A program made the position numbers and the translations under genes. Shown here one piece after another: positions 1 to 7,431 of a stretch of 12,367 nt of DNA (within the stretch, counting starts at the first letter, position 1; the number at the start of each line of letters is the position of its first letter). The notes under the pieces were generated by a model. That model made no database searches. It saw only the letters and a list, made by a program, of their open reading frames with translations, and was not told the DNA's origin. This DNA is from Myxococcota bacterium. GTDB lineage: Bacteria > Myxococcota_A > UBA796 > SXON01. The stretch covers positions 1 to 12,367 of the forward strand of contig JAZKFH010000065.1 in NCBI GenBank assembly GCA_040386535.1, written 5' to 3'.

Positions 1-99
1 ACCGTCCGAAGTGACGGGATGGGCGCGCATCCCCCGAGTTCGGACGGATATACCGGCCGAAGTGACGGGATGGGCGCGCATCCCCCGACCTTGGACGGT
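1..99. repeat. 51-bp-period palindromic tandem repeat (two copies visible; may continue left of the window)
   Basis: CCGAAGTGACGGGATGGGCGCGCATCCCCCGA is identical at 6-37 and 57-88. Unit 1 folds as CCGTCCGAA(2-10)/TTCGGACGG(39-47) around GGGATG/CATCCC. Confidence 0.85.
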
Positions 100-405
100 C
101 GCGCCGGTCCTCCGCTTCCGGAGTTGCATGTCGCCGGCCGCCCCGCGTATACGCCGACGCCCGCTCCTGACAACCAGCCCCCGCGGCGGTGGTCCCCTGT
201 GTCACGGCCGGCCCGATTATTCTGGCATGGACCGGGGCGGCAGCCCCGCGCGAGGTGCCTGGAGGGCGGCCGGGTCTGCCCGGCCGGTCCCGACGGGCCT
301 CCGTCCGCGGAGGGCCGGCGGACCAAGGCCGAAGGCCGCGCCCGGAAGGGACCGACCCGGGCGCCCTGGCCCGGGACGCGCCCGGAAGGTTACACGCGCG
401 CCGCC

Positions 406-1578
406 ATGCTCCTCGCCCTCGTCCTCGCGTGCCACACCCCCGAGGCCGCCCCCGCTCCGACCACCCAGGGCGCGTCCGTCGCCGCCGTGGCAGCACCGAT
501 CGCCCCACCGGAGCCGCCCGAGCCACCCAAGCCACCACCGCCGCCACCCAAGCTGCGATTGATCGCCGCGGGTGACTTCATCCCCCATCCGTCCGTGCAG
601 AGCTCCGCCGCGGAGCACGGGTGGGACAGCGTGTTCGCCGACGTGAAGGACGTGGTATCGGCCGCGGACCTGGCGATCCTGAACCTGGAAACACCCGTGG
701 CGCCCGGCTCGACGGGGAGCACGGCCGCGAAGGTGTTCAACGCGCCCGTGGCGCTGGTGCAGGCGGTGCGGGACGCGGGGTTCGATGCCGTATCAATCGC
801 CAACAATCACGTGTGGGACCAGGGGCGCGCAGGGTTGGTCGAGACCGTCGGGCACCTCGATGCCGTGGGCCTCGCGTGGGCCGGCGCGGGCCGTACGTGC
901 GCCGAGGCCGAGGCGTACCGGATCTTCGAACGAAATGGGTTGAAGGTCGGGTGGGTGGCCGCGAGCCGGGTGCACAACCTGTACCTGAACCGCGAGCCGG
1001 GCGATCCGTGTGTGTTCAAGTTCGATCCGGCGCGGGTCATCGCGGCGGGGCAGGCCGCGCGGGCGGCGGGCGCCGAGTTGGTCGTGCTCTCGGTGCACTG
1101 GGGGCAGGAATACGAGCCGGAGCCGCGCTCGTGGGAGCGCACCTTCGCGCAAATGCTCGTCGCCGGCGGGATCGATGCCATCCTGGGGCACCATCCCCAC
1201 GTGCTCCAACCCGTCGAGTGGGTGGAGCACGGCGGGCGGCGCGGGCTCGTGGCGTTCAGCCTCGGCAACTTCGTGTCGGGCCAATCGTGGAGCTATTCGA
1301 GCGAGGAGCGGGCCTTGCGTCGGGACGGCGGACTGCTCGAGATCGTGATGGAGCGGGTGGATGGGGTGGCCGCGATCACGTCGGCGACGCTGCTCCCGAC
1401 GTGGACGGAGCACGGCGCCGTCGCGTGTGCAGGCCGCCCGGCGCGGGTGCGGGCGATCCTGCTCGGGCCGGCCGCTGTGGCCGCGGACGCCGACCCTGCC
1501 ACCCGGATTTGTGGCACCCACTATCGGCAGCGCATCGCGTCGATTCGCAAGTCAGCGGGGGCGTTCACGCTGAAATGA
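406..1578 (+). CDS. CapA/PgsA-family (PGA_cap) metallophosphatase-fold lipoprotein, 390 aa
   Basis: Motifs AAGD, NLE, SIANNH, SVHWG, GHHPH and SLGNF. Start placed at ATG 406 (MLLALVLAC, short signal with lipobox-like Cys) followed by a Pro-rich linker. The upstream part of ORF 19..1578 reads through repeats. Confidence 0.88.
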   Translation: MLLALVLACHTPEAAPAPTTQGASVAAVAAPIAPPEPPEPPKPPPPPPKLRLIAAGDFIPHPSVQSSAAEHGWDSVFADVKDVVSAADLAILNLETPVAPGSTGSTAAKVFNAPVALVQAVRDAGFDAVSIANNHVWDQGRAGLVETVGHLDAVGLAWAGAGRTCAEAEAYRIFERNGLKVGWVAASRVHNLYLNREPGDPCVFKFDPARVIAAGQAARAAGAELVVLSVHWGQEYEPEPRSWERTFAQMLVAGGIDAILGHHPHVLQPVEWVEHGGRRGLVAFSLGNFVSGQSWSYSSEERALRRDGGLLEIVMERVDGVAAITSATLLPTWTEHGAVACAGRPARVRAILLGPAAVAADADPATRICGTHYRQRIASIRKSAGAFTLK

Positions 1579-1587
1579 GCGCGGCTA

Positions 1588-2964
1588 TTACGGGAGCACC
1601 ACCTCGTAGATCGCGCCCGAGTGCCACGTCCAGAGCCTCCCGCCCGCGCCGTGGATGGACGAGAGGATCGGCCCCGCGTCGGGGCAGGATGTGTAGACGG
1701 TGGCGTGCCCGTCCGGCCCGTGGACGACCAACACCGCGATGGAGGCGGCGGCCATCGTCAAGGGGATCTCCAACTCCCGGGGCCAGGGCGAGAATTCGAC
1801 CAGCTCCAGGCGCGCGACGCGACCGCCCGAGAGGAGGGCGCCGCGATCGCCGTCGAGCCCGTCCGCGAGGTCGCGGCCGGACCAGGTGTTCTCGGTGGGA
1901 GACCAGGTCGCCAGGGTGCCGCCGCGCCGTGAATCGACCTGTCCGGCGATCACGAGGCCGTCGGCGTTGGCCGCGACCGCCCAGGTGAACGCTGGTTCGA
2001 AGGAGGGGATGAACCCGCCCGGCCCAGGGAGCTCGGCGCCGTCCTCCAGGGAGGCGACCCGGAGCGCGGTGCGGTCGGAGTCCGTGTAGTGGACGCGGCC
2101 CCCGGCCACGATGGGGCTGGTGGCATGGTCGAGCGTGGCGTATCCGGGAAGCGGCGCGGCCACGATCGCGGTCCTGTCGGCGGTCACGGCCCAGGTCTGG
2201 CGCCCGGTGCCGAACCGCGGCACGTCGTCGGACGGAATGTGCCAGGGGCTCCCCGCCGCCGCCGCCGGCAACGGGATGCGCGCCCGCACAGTTGCGTCGA
2301 TCGGGTCGAACCGGACCAGCTCGTCGGCGCCGTCGGGGGTCTGAACGACGAACAACAATTCGTCCAACCAGGGCCCGAGCTCGACCACGGCGTTCTCGCC
2401 GAACGGCCGTGCGACCTCCCGCAGGGCCGGGGGACCGGCGATGGTCACCGGCGCGTCGACATAGGCGCGGTACACCTCGTCCCGCAGCACCGCCGCGAGC
2501 GGGCTCTCGATACCACAGGCCTCCAACAGCGCGATCTCGCCGAGCGGGGGCGGGCCGCCGTCACATACCTTCGCGAATTCCTCGTCCAGGTCCGCCCCGT
2601 CCTCGCCCGCCGCGGCCTCGAGGAGGTCATAGTGGGGAGGCGCCAGGCGCTCCTCGAAGTCGAGCGCGTGGCAGAGCTCGTGCTGGATCACGTGGTCGAC
2701 GTCCATGTCCGCACGCATGCGGATCGGCGCGCCGCGGCCCCGGTAGTCGCCCCCGTTCCCCTCGTCGTCCACCACGTCCACCACCTCCACACTCGCGACA
2801 CACACGCCGTCCCGCCCGGTCCACGCGGCAAACGTGTCGATGCTCCGACGCACCTCGGCGAGCAGATCGGCCGGAGCGTCGGCATGATCGATCACGTCCA
2901 TCTGCGCGAAGGTGGGGCAGCAGCCGGCGAGCACGAGGGCGGCGGGGATCGTCCGGACCAGCAT
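1588..2964 (-). CDS. Putative lipoprotein with zincin-like HExxH domain and probable beta-rich C-terminal domain, 458 aa
   Basis: MLVRTIPAALVLAGC lipobox; HELCH motif followed by a downstream EEFA; acidic, natural-looking composition. TATCGT lies 6 nt before ATG 2964. Confidence 0.7.
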   Translation of the reverse strand: MLVRTIPAALVLAGCCPTFAQMDVIDHADAPADLLAEVRRSIDTFAAWTGRDGVCVASVEVVDVVDDEGNGGDYRGRGAPIRMRADMDVDHVIQHELCHALDFEERLAPPHYDLLEAAAGEDGADLDEEFAKVCDGGPPPLGEIALLEACGIESPLAAVLRDEVYRAYVDAPVTIAGPPALREVARPFGENAVVELGPWLDELLFVVQTPDGADELVRFDPIDATVRARIPLPAAAAGSPWHIPSDDVPRFGTGRQTWAVTADRTAIVAAPLPGYATLDHATSPIVAGGRVHYTDSDRTALRVASLEDGAELPGPGGFIPSFEPAFTWAVAANADGLVIAGQVDSRRGGTLATWSPTENTWSGRDLADGLDGDRGALLSGGRVARLELVEFSPWPRELEIPLTMAAASIAVLVVHGPDGHATVYTSCPDAGPILSSIHGAGGRLWTWHSGAIYEVVLP

Positions 2965-3003
2965 CGGGGAACGATAGCCCGAAGGCCGGCATTCCACCAT
3001 CCT

Positions 3004-4236
3004 TCACACCGTCGTGTTGTACCGCGCCGACCCCTCCGCGACGGGCGTCGCGCCGCGGGTGACCCGATAGGAGAGGGTCACGATCGGGTTCCGCCGCCCG
3101 TGCAGCATCGGCAGGACGTGCAGCGTGACCTCGAGCACGTCCCCACGCTCCAGCGCCAACGCCTCCGTCGGAAAGTAATGCTGCTGCCAGTGGGTCGGGA
3201 CCGCCGCGGAGGAGGTGTCGAGCGTGACACCACCGCCGAGCTCACAGGTGAAATGCCCGGCGAAGCCGTGGAGCATGCCGGCGCGCTCGACCTCCCAACG
3301 CGTGGACATCGGTTGGTGGAAGGCGTCGGTTGGATCCGTGGCACAATCCACGCGGACGAGCTGGGCGGGGGCGGCGAGGTAGGCGGTGAGCGGGAGGAGC
3401 GCGGGCTCGGCGATGGGGGTGCGGAGCGTTGCCTTGGCGAGGCGCGAGAAATCGAAACCGAAGACGGGGCGAGTCCACGCGCCGGGGCCGGTGCGCGCGT
3501 GCAGGTGCGGCTCCTCGACGGGCGCGAGCCAGAGCGTGACGGCGCTGGGGACCATGGCGCCGCCCGGGGCGAGGAGGCGGTCGCGCGCGGCGAACACGGG
3601 GGTGTACATGTTCTCGGTCACGGCGAAGTGGCCGAGCCACTCGGACACGATGACGTCGTAGGGGCCGTCGAGCGCCACCGCGTCGATGTCGCCGCCGTGG
3701 AAGGTGATGGCATCGGCGAGCCCGTTGTCGTCGGCGAGGGCGCGGGCGTACTCGAGGATCTGGGCGTTGTCGACGGCGTCGACGTGCCCGGCGCCCGCGC
3801 GCGCGGCGAAGAGGGAGAGGATGCCGGTGCCGCAGCCGATGTCGAGCACGCGGGCGCCCGGCGTGACGACGGCCTCGATGGCGCGGCGGAAGGCGTCGGT
3901 GCGGGCGTGGTCGGCCACCATCAGGCGGTGGATGCCGAGCTCGCCGTAGCCGGCGAAGTAGCTGCTCTCGGGCATCGCGGCGGACTCGGGGCCGACGATC
4001 TCGTGGTCGATCAGGTGGTCGAGGGCGGCGGCGACATCGTCGGGATCGAGGCCGAACAGCGCGTCCAGATCGGCCACGACCTGGTCGGCCTCGCGCGGCG
4101 CGACGAGCTGGGACAGGACCACGAGCACGTTGGGCGAGAGCTGGAGCGTGGCGCCGCTCGCCTTGTTGCGGGCGATCAACGCCCGCTCCGGGGTGACGTA
4201 CAGCTCGGCGTCGGGGTTGATCTGGAGCCGTTCCAT
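3004..4236 (-). CDS. PRMT-like SAM-dependent protein/peptide arginine N-methyltransferase with N-terminal PqqD/RRE-like domain, 410 aa (alternative GTG start 4245)
   Basis: YFAGY, IHRLMVAD..RT, motif I VLDIGCGTGILS, double-E loop SEWLGHFAVTENM, VFGFDFS arm and THWQQ loop. The first ~85 aa show a strands-then-helices PqqD-like pattern. Confidence 0.88.
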   Translation of the reverse strand: MERLQINPDAELYVTPERALIARNKASGATLQLSPNVLVVLSQLVAPREADQVVADLDALFGLDPDDVAAALDHLIDHEIVGPESAAMPESSYFAGYGELGIHRLMVADHARTDAFRRAIEAVVTPGARVLDIGCGTGILSLFAARAGAGHVDAVDNAQILEYARALADDNGLADAITFHGGDIDAVALDGPYDVIVSEWLGHFAVTENMYTPVFAARDRLLAPGGAMVPSAVTLWLAPVEEPHLHARTGPGAWTRPVFGFDFSRLAKATLRTPIAEPALLPLTAYLAAPAQLVRVDCATDPTDAFHQPMSTRWEVERAGMLHGFAGHFTCELGGGVTLDTSSAAVPTHWQQHYFPTEALALERGDVLEVTLHVLPMLHGRRNPIVTLSYRVTRGATPVAEGSARYNTTV

Positions 4237-4337
4237 TGGGGACACCCGGGTGGCGGGCGAGCGTAGCCCGCGCGGGGCGCCCCCGACGTCCGTTGGGCCC
4301 CGGCCCCGCCGACCGTGGCCCCTGGTTACGCGTGCGG

Positions 4338-5831
4338 ATGCTCGACGACCTCACCCGGATGGCCGGCGCGGTGCGCGCCCCCGACTCGATCGCTCTCGAC
4401 GACTGGAGCGTGCGCTGGTCGCGCACCCGCACGCGCAGCTGGAGCGTGCGCCGCGGCGTGGCCGAGCCGCCGTTCGCGAGCCAGGCCGAGGGCGCCCTGG
4501 TCACCGCCGTGGTCGACGGCGCCGAGGGGTGGGCCGCCACCGCGGACGTGAGCGAGCGCGGCCTGGCCGAGGCGCTGGGACGCGCGGCCGAATGGGCGCG
4601 GGTGGTCGGCGCGAGGGCGCTCGTGCCAATGCTGGCGGCGGACGTGAGCGACGCCCGCGGCACCTACACCGGCCCCGGCGTGGACACCCCGGAGCTCTCC
4701 CCCGCCCTCGTGCGCGACGCCCTCCGCCAGCTCGAAGCGCGCCTCCGCCACGGCGCCCCCGACATCGTGGACGCGTCCGCGAGCCTGGACGTGACCGACG
4801 TGGACCAGGCCTCGTGGACCAGCCGGGGAGGCGCCACGCTCCAACGTTTCCGCCACATGGCACCCAACCTGGCGGCAACGGCGGCCCGCGGCACGGCCTC
4901 CCAGGGGCGGTCGCTCGGGGGCGGATACAACGGGGGCGTGAACACCCAGGGGGGCTTCGATCGCTTCGACGTCGCCTTTCTGGAGGGCGAGGCCGAACGC
5001 ATCCGCGAGGAGGCGCTCGCGCTGCTCCTGGCGCCCAACTGTCCGTCCGGGCCGATGCACTTGTTGCTGATGCCCGGCCAGATGATGCTCCAGATCCACG
5101 AGTCGATCGGCCACCCGCTCGAGCTCGACCGCATCCTGGGCGACGAGCGCAATTACGCGGGTACGAGCTTCGTGACCGCGGACATGTTCGGCACGTATCG
5201 ATACGGCTCGGAGCTCCTGAACGTCACGTTCGATCCACACGTGCCCGGCGAGCTCGCCAGCTACGCCTTCGACGACGCCGGCACGCCCGCGCGTCGCGAG
5301 TGGTTGATCCGCCAGGGCGTATTGGAGCGGCCGCTCGGCGGGGCCCTCTCGCAGCGGCGCGCGGGCCTGCCCGGCACCGCCAACGCCCGCTCCTCCGCGT
5401 GGGACCGCCCGCCCATCGATCGCATGGCAAACCTGAACGTCGAGCCTGGCGATTCCACGCTCGCCGAGCTGATCGCCCGTGTCGAGCGCGGCGTGATGAT
5501 GGAGACCAACATCTCCTGGTCCATCGACGACTCGCGCAACAAGTTCCAATTCGGCTGCGAGTGGGGCCGTGTCATCCGGAACGGGCAGCTGGCCGAGGTG
5601 GTGAAGAACCCCAACTACCGGGGCATCTCCGCCACGTTCTGGCGCAGCCTGTCGGGGGTGGGCGATCGCTCCACGGTCGAGGTGCTCGGCACCCCGTATT
5701 GTGGCAAGGGCGAGCCCAACCAGATGGTGCGCGTGGGACACGCCTCGCCGGCGTGTCTGTTCGACAACGTCGATGTCTTCGGTGGTGAAGCCGTGGTGGA
5801 AGCAACCAGCGAAGTGGAGATCGAGTCATGA
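4338..5831 (+). CDS. tldD: TldD-family metalloprotease, catalytic subunit, 497 aa
   Basis: QIHESIGHPLELDRILG (HExxGH), FDDAG, IDRMANL and C-terminal YCGKGEPNQ...GHASP with the metal-ligand Cys. Start placed at ATG 4338. Confidence 0.92.
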   Translation: MLDDLTRMAGAVRAPDSIALDDWSVRWSRTRTRSWSVRRGVAEPPFASQAEGALVTAVVDGAEGWAATADVSERGLAEALGRAAEWARVVGARALVPMLAADVSDARGTYTGPGVDTPELSPALVRDALRQLEARLRHGAPDIVDASASLDVTDVDQASWTSRGGATLQRFRHMAPNLAATAARGTASQGRSLGGGYNGGVNTQGGFDRFDVAFLEGEAERIREEALALLLAPNCPSGPMHLLLMPGQMMLQIHESIGHPLELDRILGDERNYAGTSFVTADMFGTYRYGSELLNVTFDPHVPGELASYAFDDAGTPARREWLIRQGVLERPLGGALSQRRAGLPGTANARSSAWDRPPIDRMANLNVEPGDSTLAELIARVERGVMMETNISWSIDDSRNKFQFGCEWGRVIRNGQLAEVVKNPNYRGISATFWRSLSGVGDRSTVEVLGTPYCGKGEPNQMVRVGHASPACLFDNVDVFGGEAVVEATSEVEIES

Positions 5832-7162
5832 GCGCCATGGACCGGGCCGAGACCCAATTCGCCGCGTTGTCGGAAACCCTGTTCGCCCACCTGACGGGCG
5901 CAGAGGTAGGGTTCTTGTCGCTGGACGGGGAGTCCACCAACTTCGTTCGGTTCAACCACGCCAAGGTCCGGCAGGCGGGGCATGTCGAGCGGCAGCGGGC
6001 CATGGTGCGCCTGATCGATGGGACACGCCACGCGTCCGTCACGGTCGATCTGACGGGGCATCGGGACGCAGAGCGGCTGGCCGCCGCGCTCGACGAGGCG
6101 CGCGCGCTCGTCGCGGGCTCCGATCCCGATCCGTACCTGCTCTACAACACCGAGCCGACCTCGACCCGCCGCGTCGCCCACGGCGCCCTGCCGAGCCCGG
6201 AGGAGATCGTCGCGAGCGTGGCGGAGGACGCCGCCGGCCTCGATCTCGTCGGCATCCACGCAAGCGGCCCGATGTGGCGCGGGCTCGCGACGTCGCTGGG
6301 CCAGGTGAATTGGCACGTCGTGGAGCGGTTCGACGCCAAGGTGGCCGCCTACCTGGGCGGCGATCGCGCCGTGCAGACGGGGCTCTCTGGCGCGAACTGG
6401 TCGCGCACCGAGTGGCGCAGCACGTTGGACACCGCGCGATCCAAGCTCGAGGCGCTCGCCCGGCCTCCGCGCACGATCCGGCCCGGTCAGTACCGCGTGC
6501 TGCTCACCCCCCACGCGATGGAGGACCTGCTCGGCGTCATGAGCTGGGGCGGCTTCTCGGCGCGTGCCCGCCGCACCGGCTCGTCTCCCCTGCTCCGGCT
6601 CGCGCAGGGCGAGGCCCAGCTGCACCCAAGTGTCAGCTTCACCGAGGACATCGCCGGTGGCTGGGCGCCCGCCTTCACGGCCGACGGCTTCGTGCGTCCG
6701 GACCGCGTGTCGCTCGTGGAGAACGGCCGCTACGCCGGCGAGCTCGTCAGCGCGCGCAGCGCCGGCGAGTTCCAGTTGGCCGCCAACGGCGCCGACGCCG
6801 ACGAGTCACCCCGCGCCCTCTCCATGGCCCCCGGCGACATCCCCCCCGAGGAGGCCCTGGCCCGCCTCCGCACCGGCCTGTTCGTCGGCAACCTCTGGTA
6901 CCTGAACTTCTCCGACCGGCCCGCGGCCCGTGTCACCGGCATGACCCGCTTCGCCACCTTCTGGGTGGAGGACGGCGAGATCGTGGCGCCCGTGCCCGTC
7001 ATGCGGTTCGACGAGAGCCTGCTCCGCGTGCTCGGCGACCAATTGGTCGGCCTCACCTCCCACGCCGAGGAATTGCCGGACACCGGCACTTATGGCGGAC
7101 GCACGTTGGCCGGGAGCCGGGCGCCGGGGATCATTGCGGAGGGGTTTTCGTTTACGTTGTGA
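5828..7162 (+). CDS. tldE: TldE/PmbA-family protein, non-catalytic partner, 444 aa
   Basis: FVRFNHAKVRQAG, PGQYRVLLTP, FTADGF, NLWYLN and TGMTRFATFWVEDG; no HExxGH. ATGA overlap with tldD at 5828-5831. Confidence 0.88.
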   Translation: MSAMDRAETQFAALSETLFAHLTGAEVGFLSLDGESTNFVRFNHAKVRQAGHVERQRAMVRLIDGTRHASVTVDLTGHRDAERLAAALDEARALVAGSDPDPYLLYNTEPTSTRRVAHGALPSPEEIVASVAEDAAGLDLVGIHASGPMWRGLATSLGQVNWHVVERFDAKVAAYLGGDRAVQTGLSGANWSRTEWRSTLDTARSKLEALARPPRTIRPGQYRVLLTPHAMEDLLGVMSWGGFSARARRTGSSPLLRLAQGEAQLHPSVSFTEDIAGGWAPAFTADGFVRPDRVSLVENGRYAGELVSARSAGEFQLAANGADADESPRALSMAPGDIPPEEALARLRTGLFVGNLWYLNFSDRPAARVTGMTRFATFWVEDGEIVAPVPVMRFDESLLRVLGDQLVGLTSHAEELPDTGTYGGRTLAGSRAPGIIAEGFSFTL

Positions 7163-7410
7163 GGGGCTCGGAGGCGGCCTGGTACGCGCAGCACGCCGCC
7201 CGGCGCCTCACCCCGTGCCACCAACGCCATGCTACCGTCGCGACGCTTACGCACTCCGCTGCCAACTTCGCGGAGGCCGGGGAGGGTCGGCCCAACTGGC
7301 ACCGCGTCCAAGGTGTTCAGGCGCGAGGTTTCAGGCGAGTAGACGAACGCGCGACACGGCTGGCCCGAAAAGTTCGCGCGCCAAGAAGTGGCGCCGCCGC
7401 GCACCGCGGA

Positions 7411-7431
7411 TATACTGACCAGGTGTTCACG
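7411..7431 (+). promoter_or_regulatory. -10 hexamer TATACT overlapped by a LexA-box-like site
   Basis: TATACT at 7411-7416 is 6 nt before GTG 7423. CTGACCAGGTGTTCACG (7415-7431) matches 14 of 17 positions of the Myxococcus LexA consensus as I recall it (CTRHAMRYBYGTTCAGS). Confidence 0.55.

Noticed and set aside
1..99. CRISPR array at the left edge
   Set aside because: The sequences flanking the 32-bp cores are only 19 bp and similar to each other, so there are no unique spacers; no cas genes are visible.
19..405. N-terminal extension of the CapA ORF
   Set aside because: It reads through repeats, is Arg/Pro/Gly-rich, and would bury the signal peptide that starts at 406.
3004..4236. PrmA (ribosomal protein L11 methyltransferase) call
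   Set aside because: Only motif I is shared; YFxxY, the double-E loop, the arm and THW are PRMT-specific.
2089..4266. 725-aa plus-strand ORF
   Set aside because: Antisense shadow of the lipoprotein and PRMT genes; long stop-free frames are expected at this GC.
7229..7342. 37-aa Arg-rich ORF (MLPSRRLRTP...) after tldE as the PRMT precursor peptide
   Set aside because: No SD, many A/T-ending codons (CTA, TTA, CGA, ACT) unlike the real genes, and Arg richness is expected by chance.
5701..7422. 911-aa fusion ORF ending in the radical SAM domain
   Set aside because: The first ~574 codons mostly overlap tldD/tldE out of frame and are low-complexity Arg/Gly/Pro; family similarity begins at GTG 7423.
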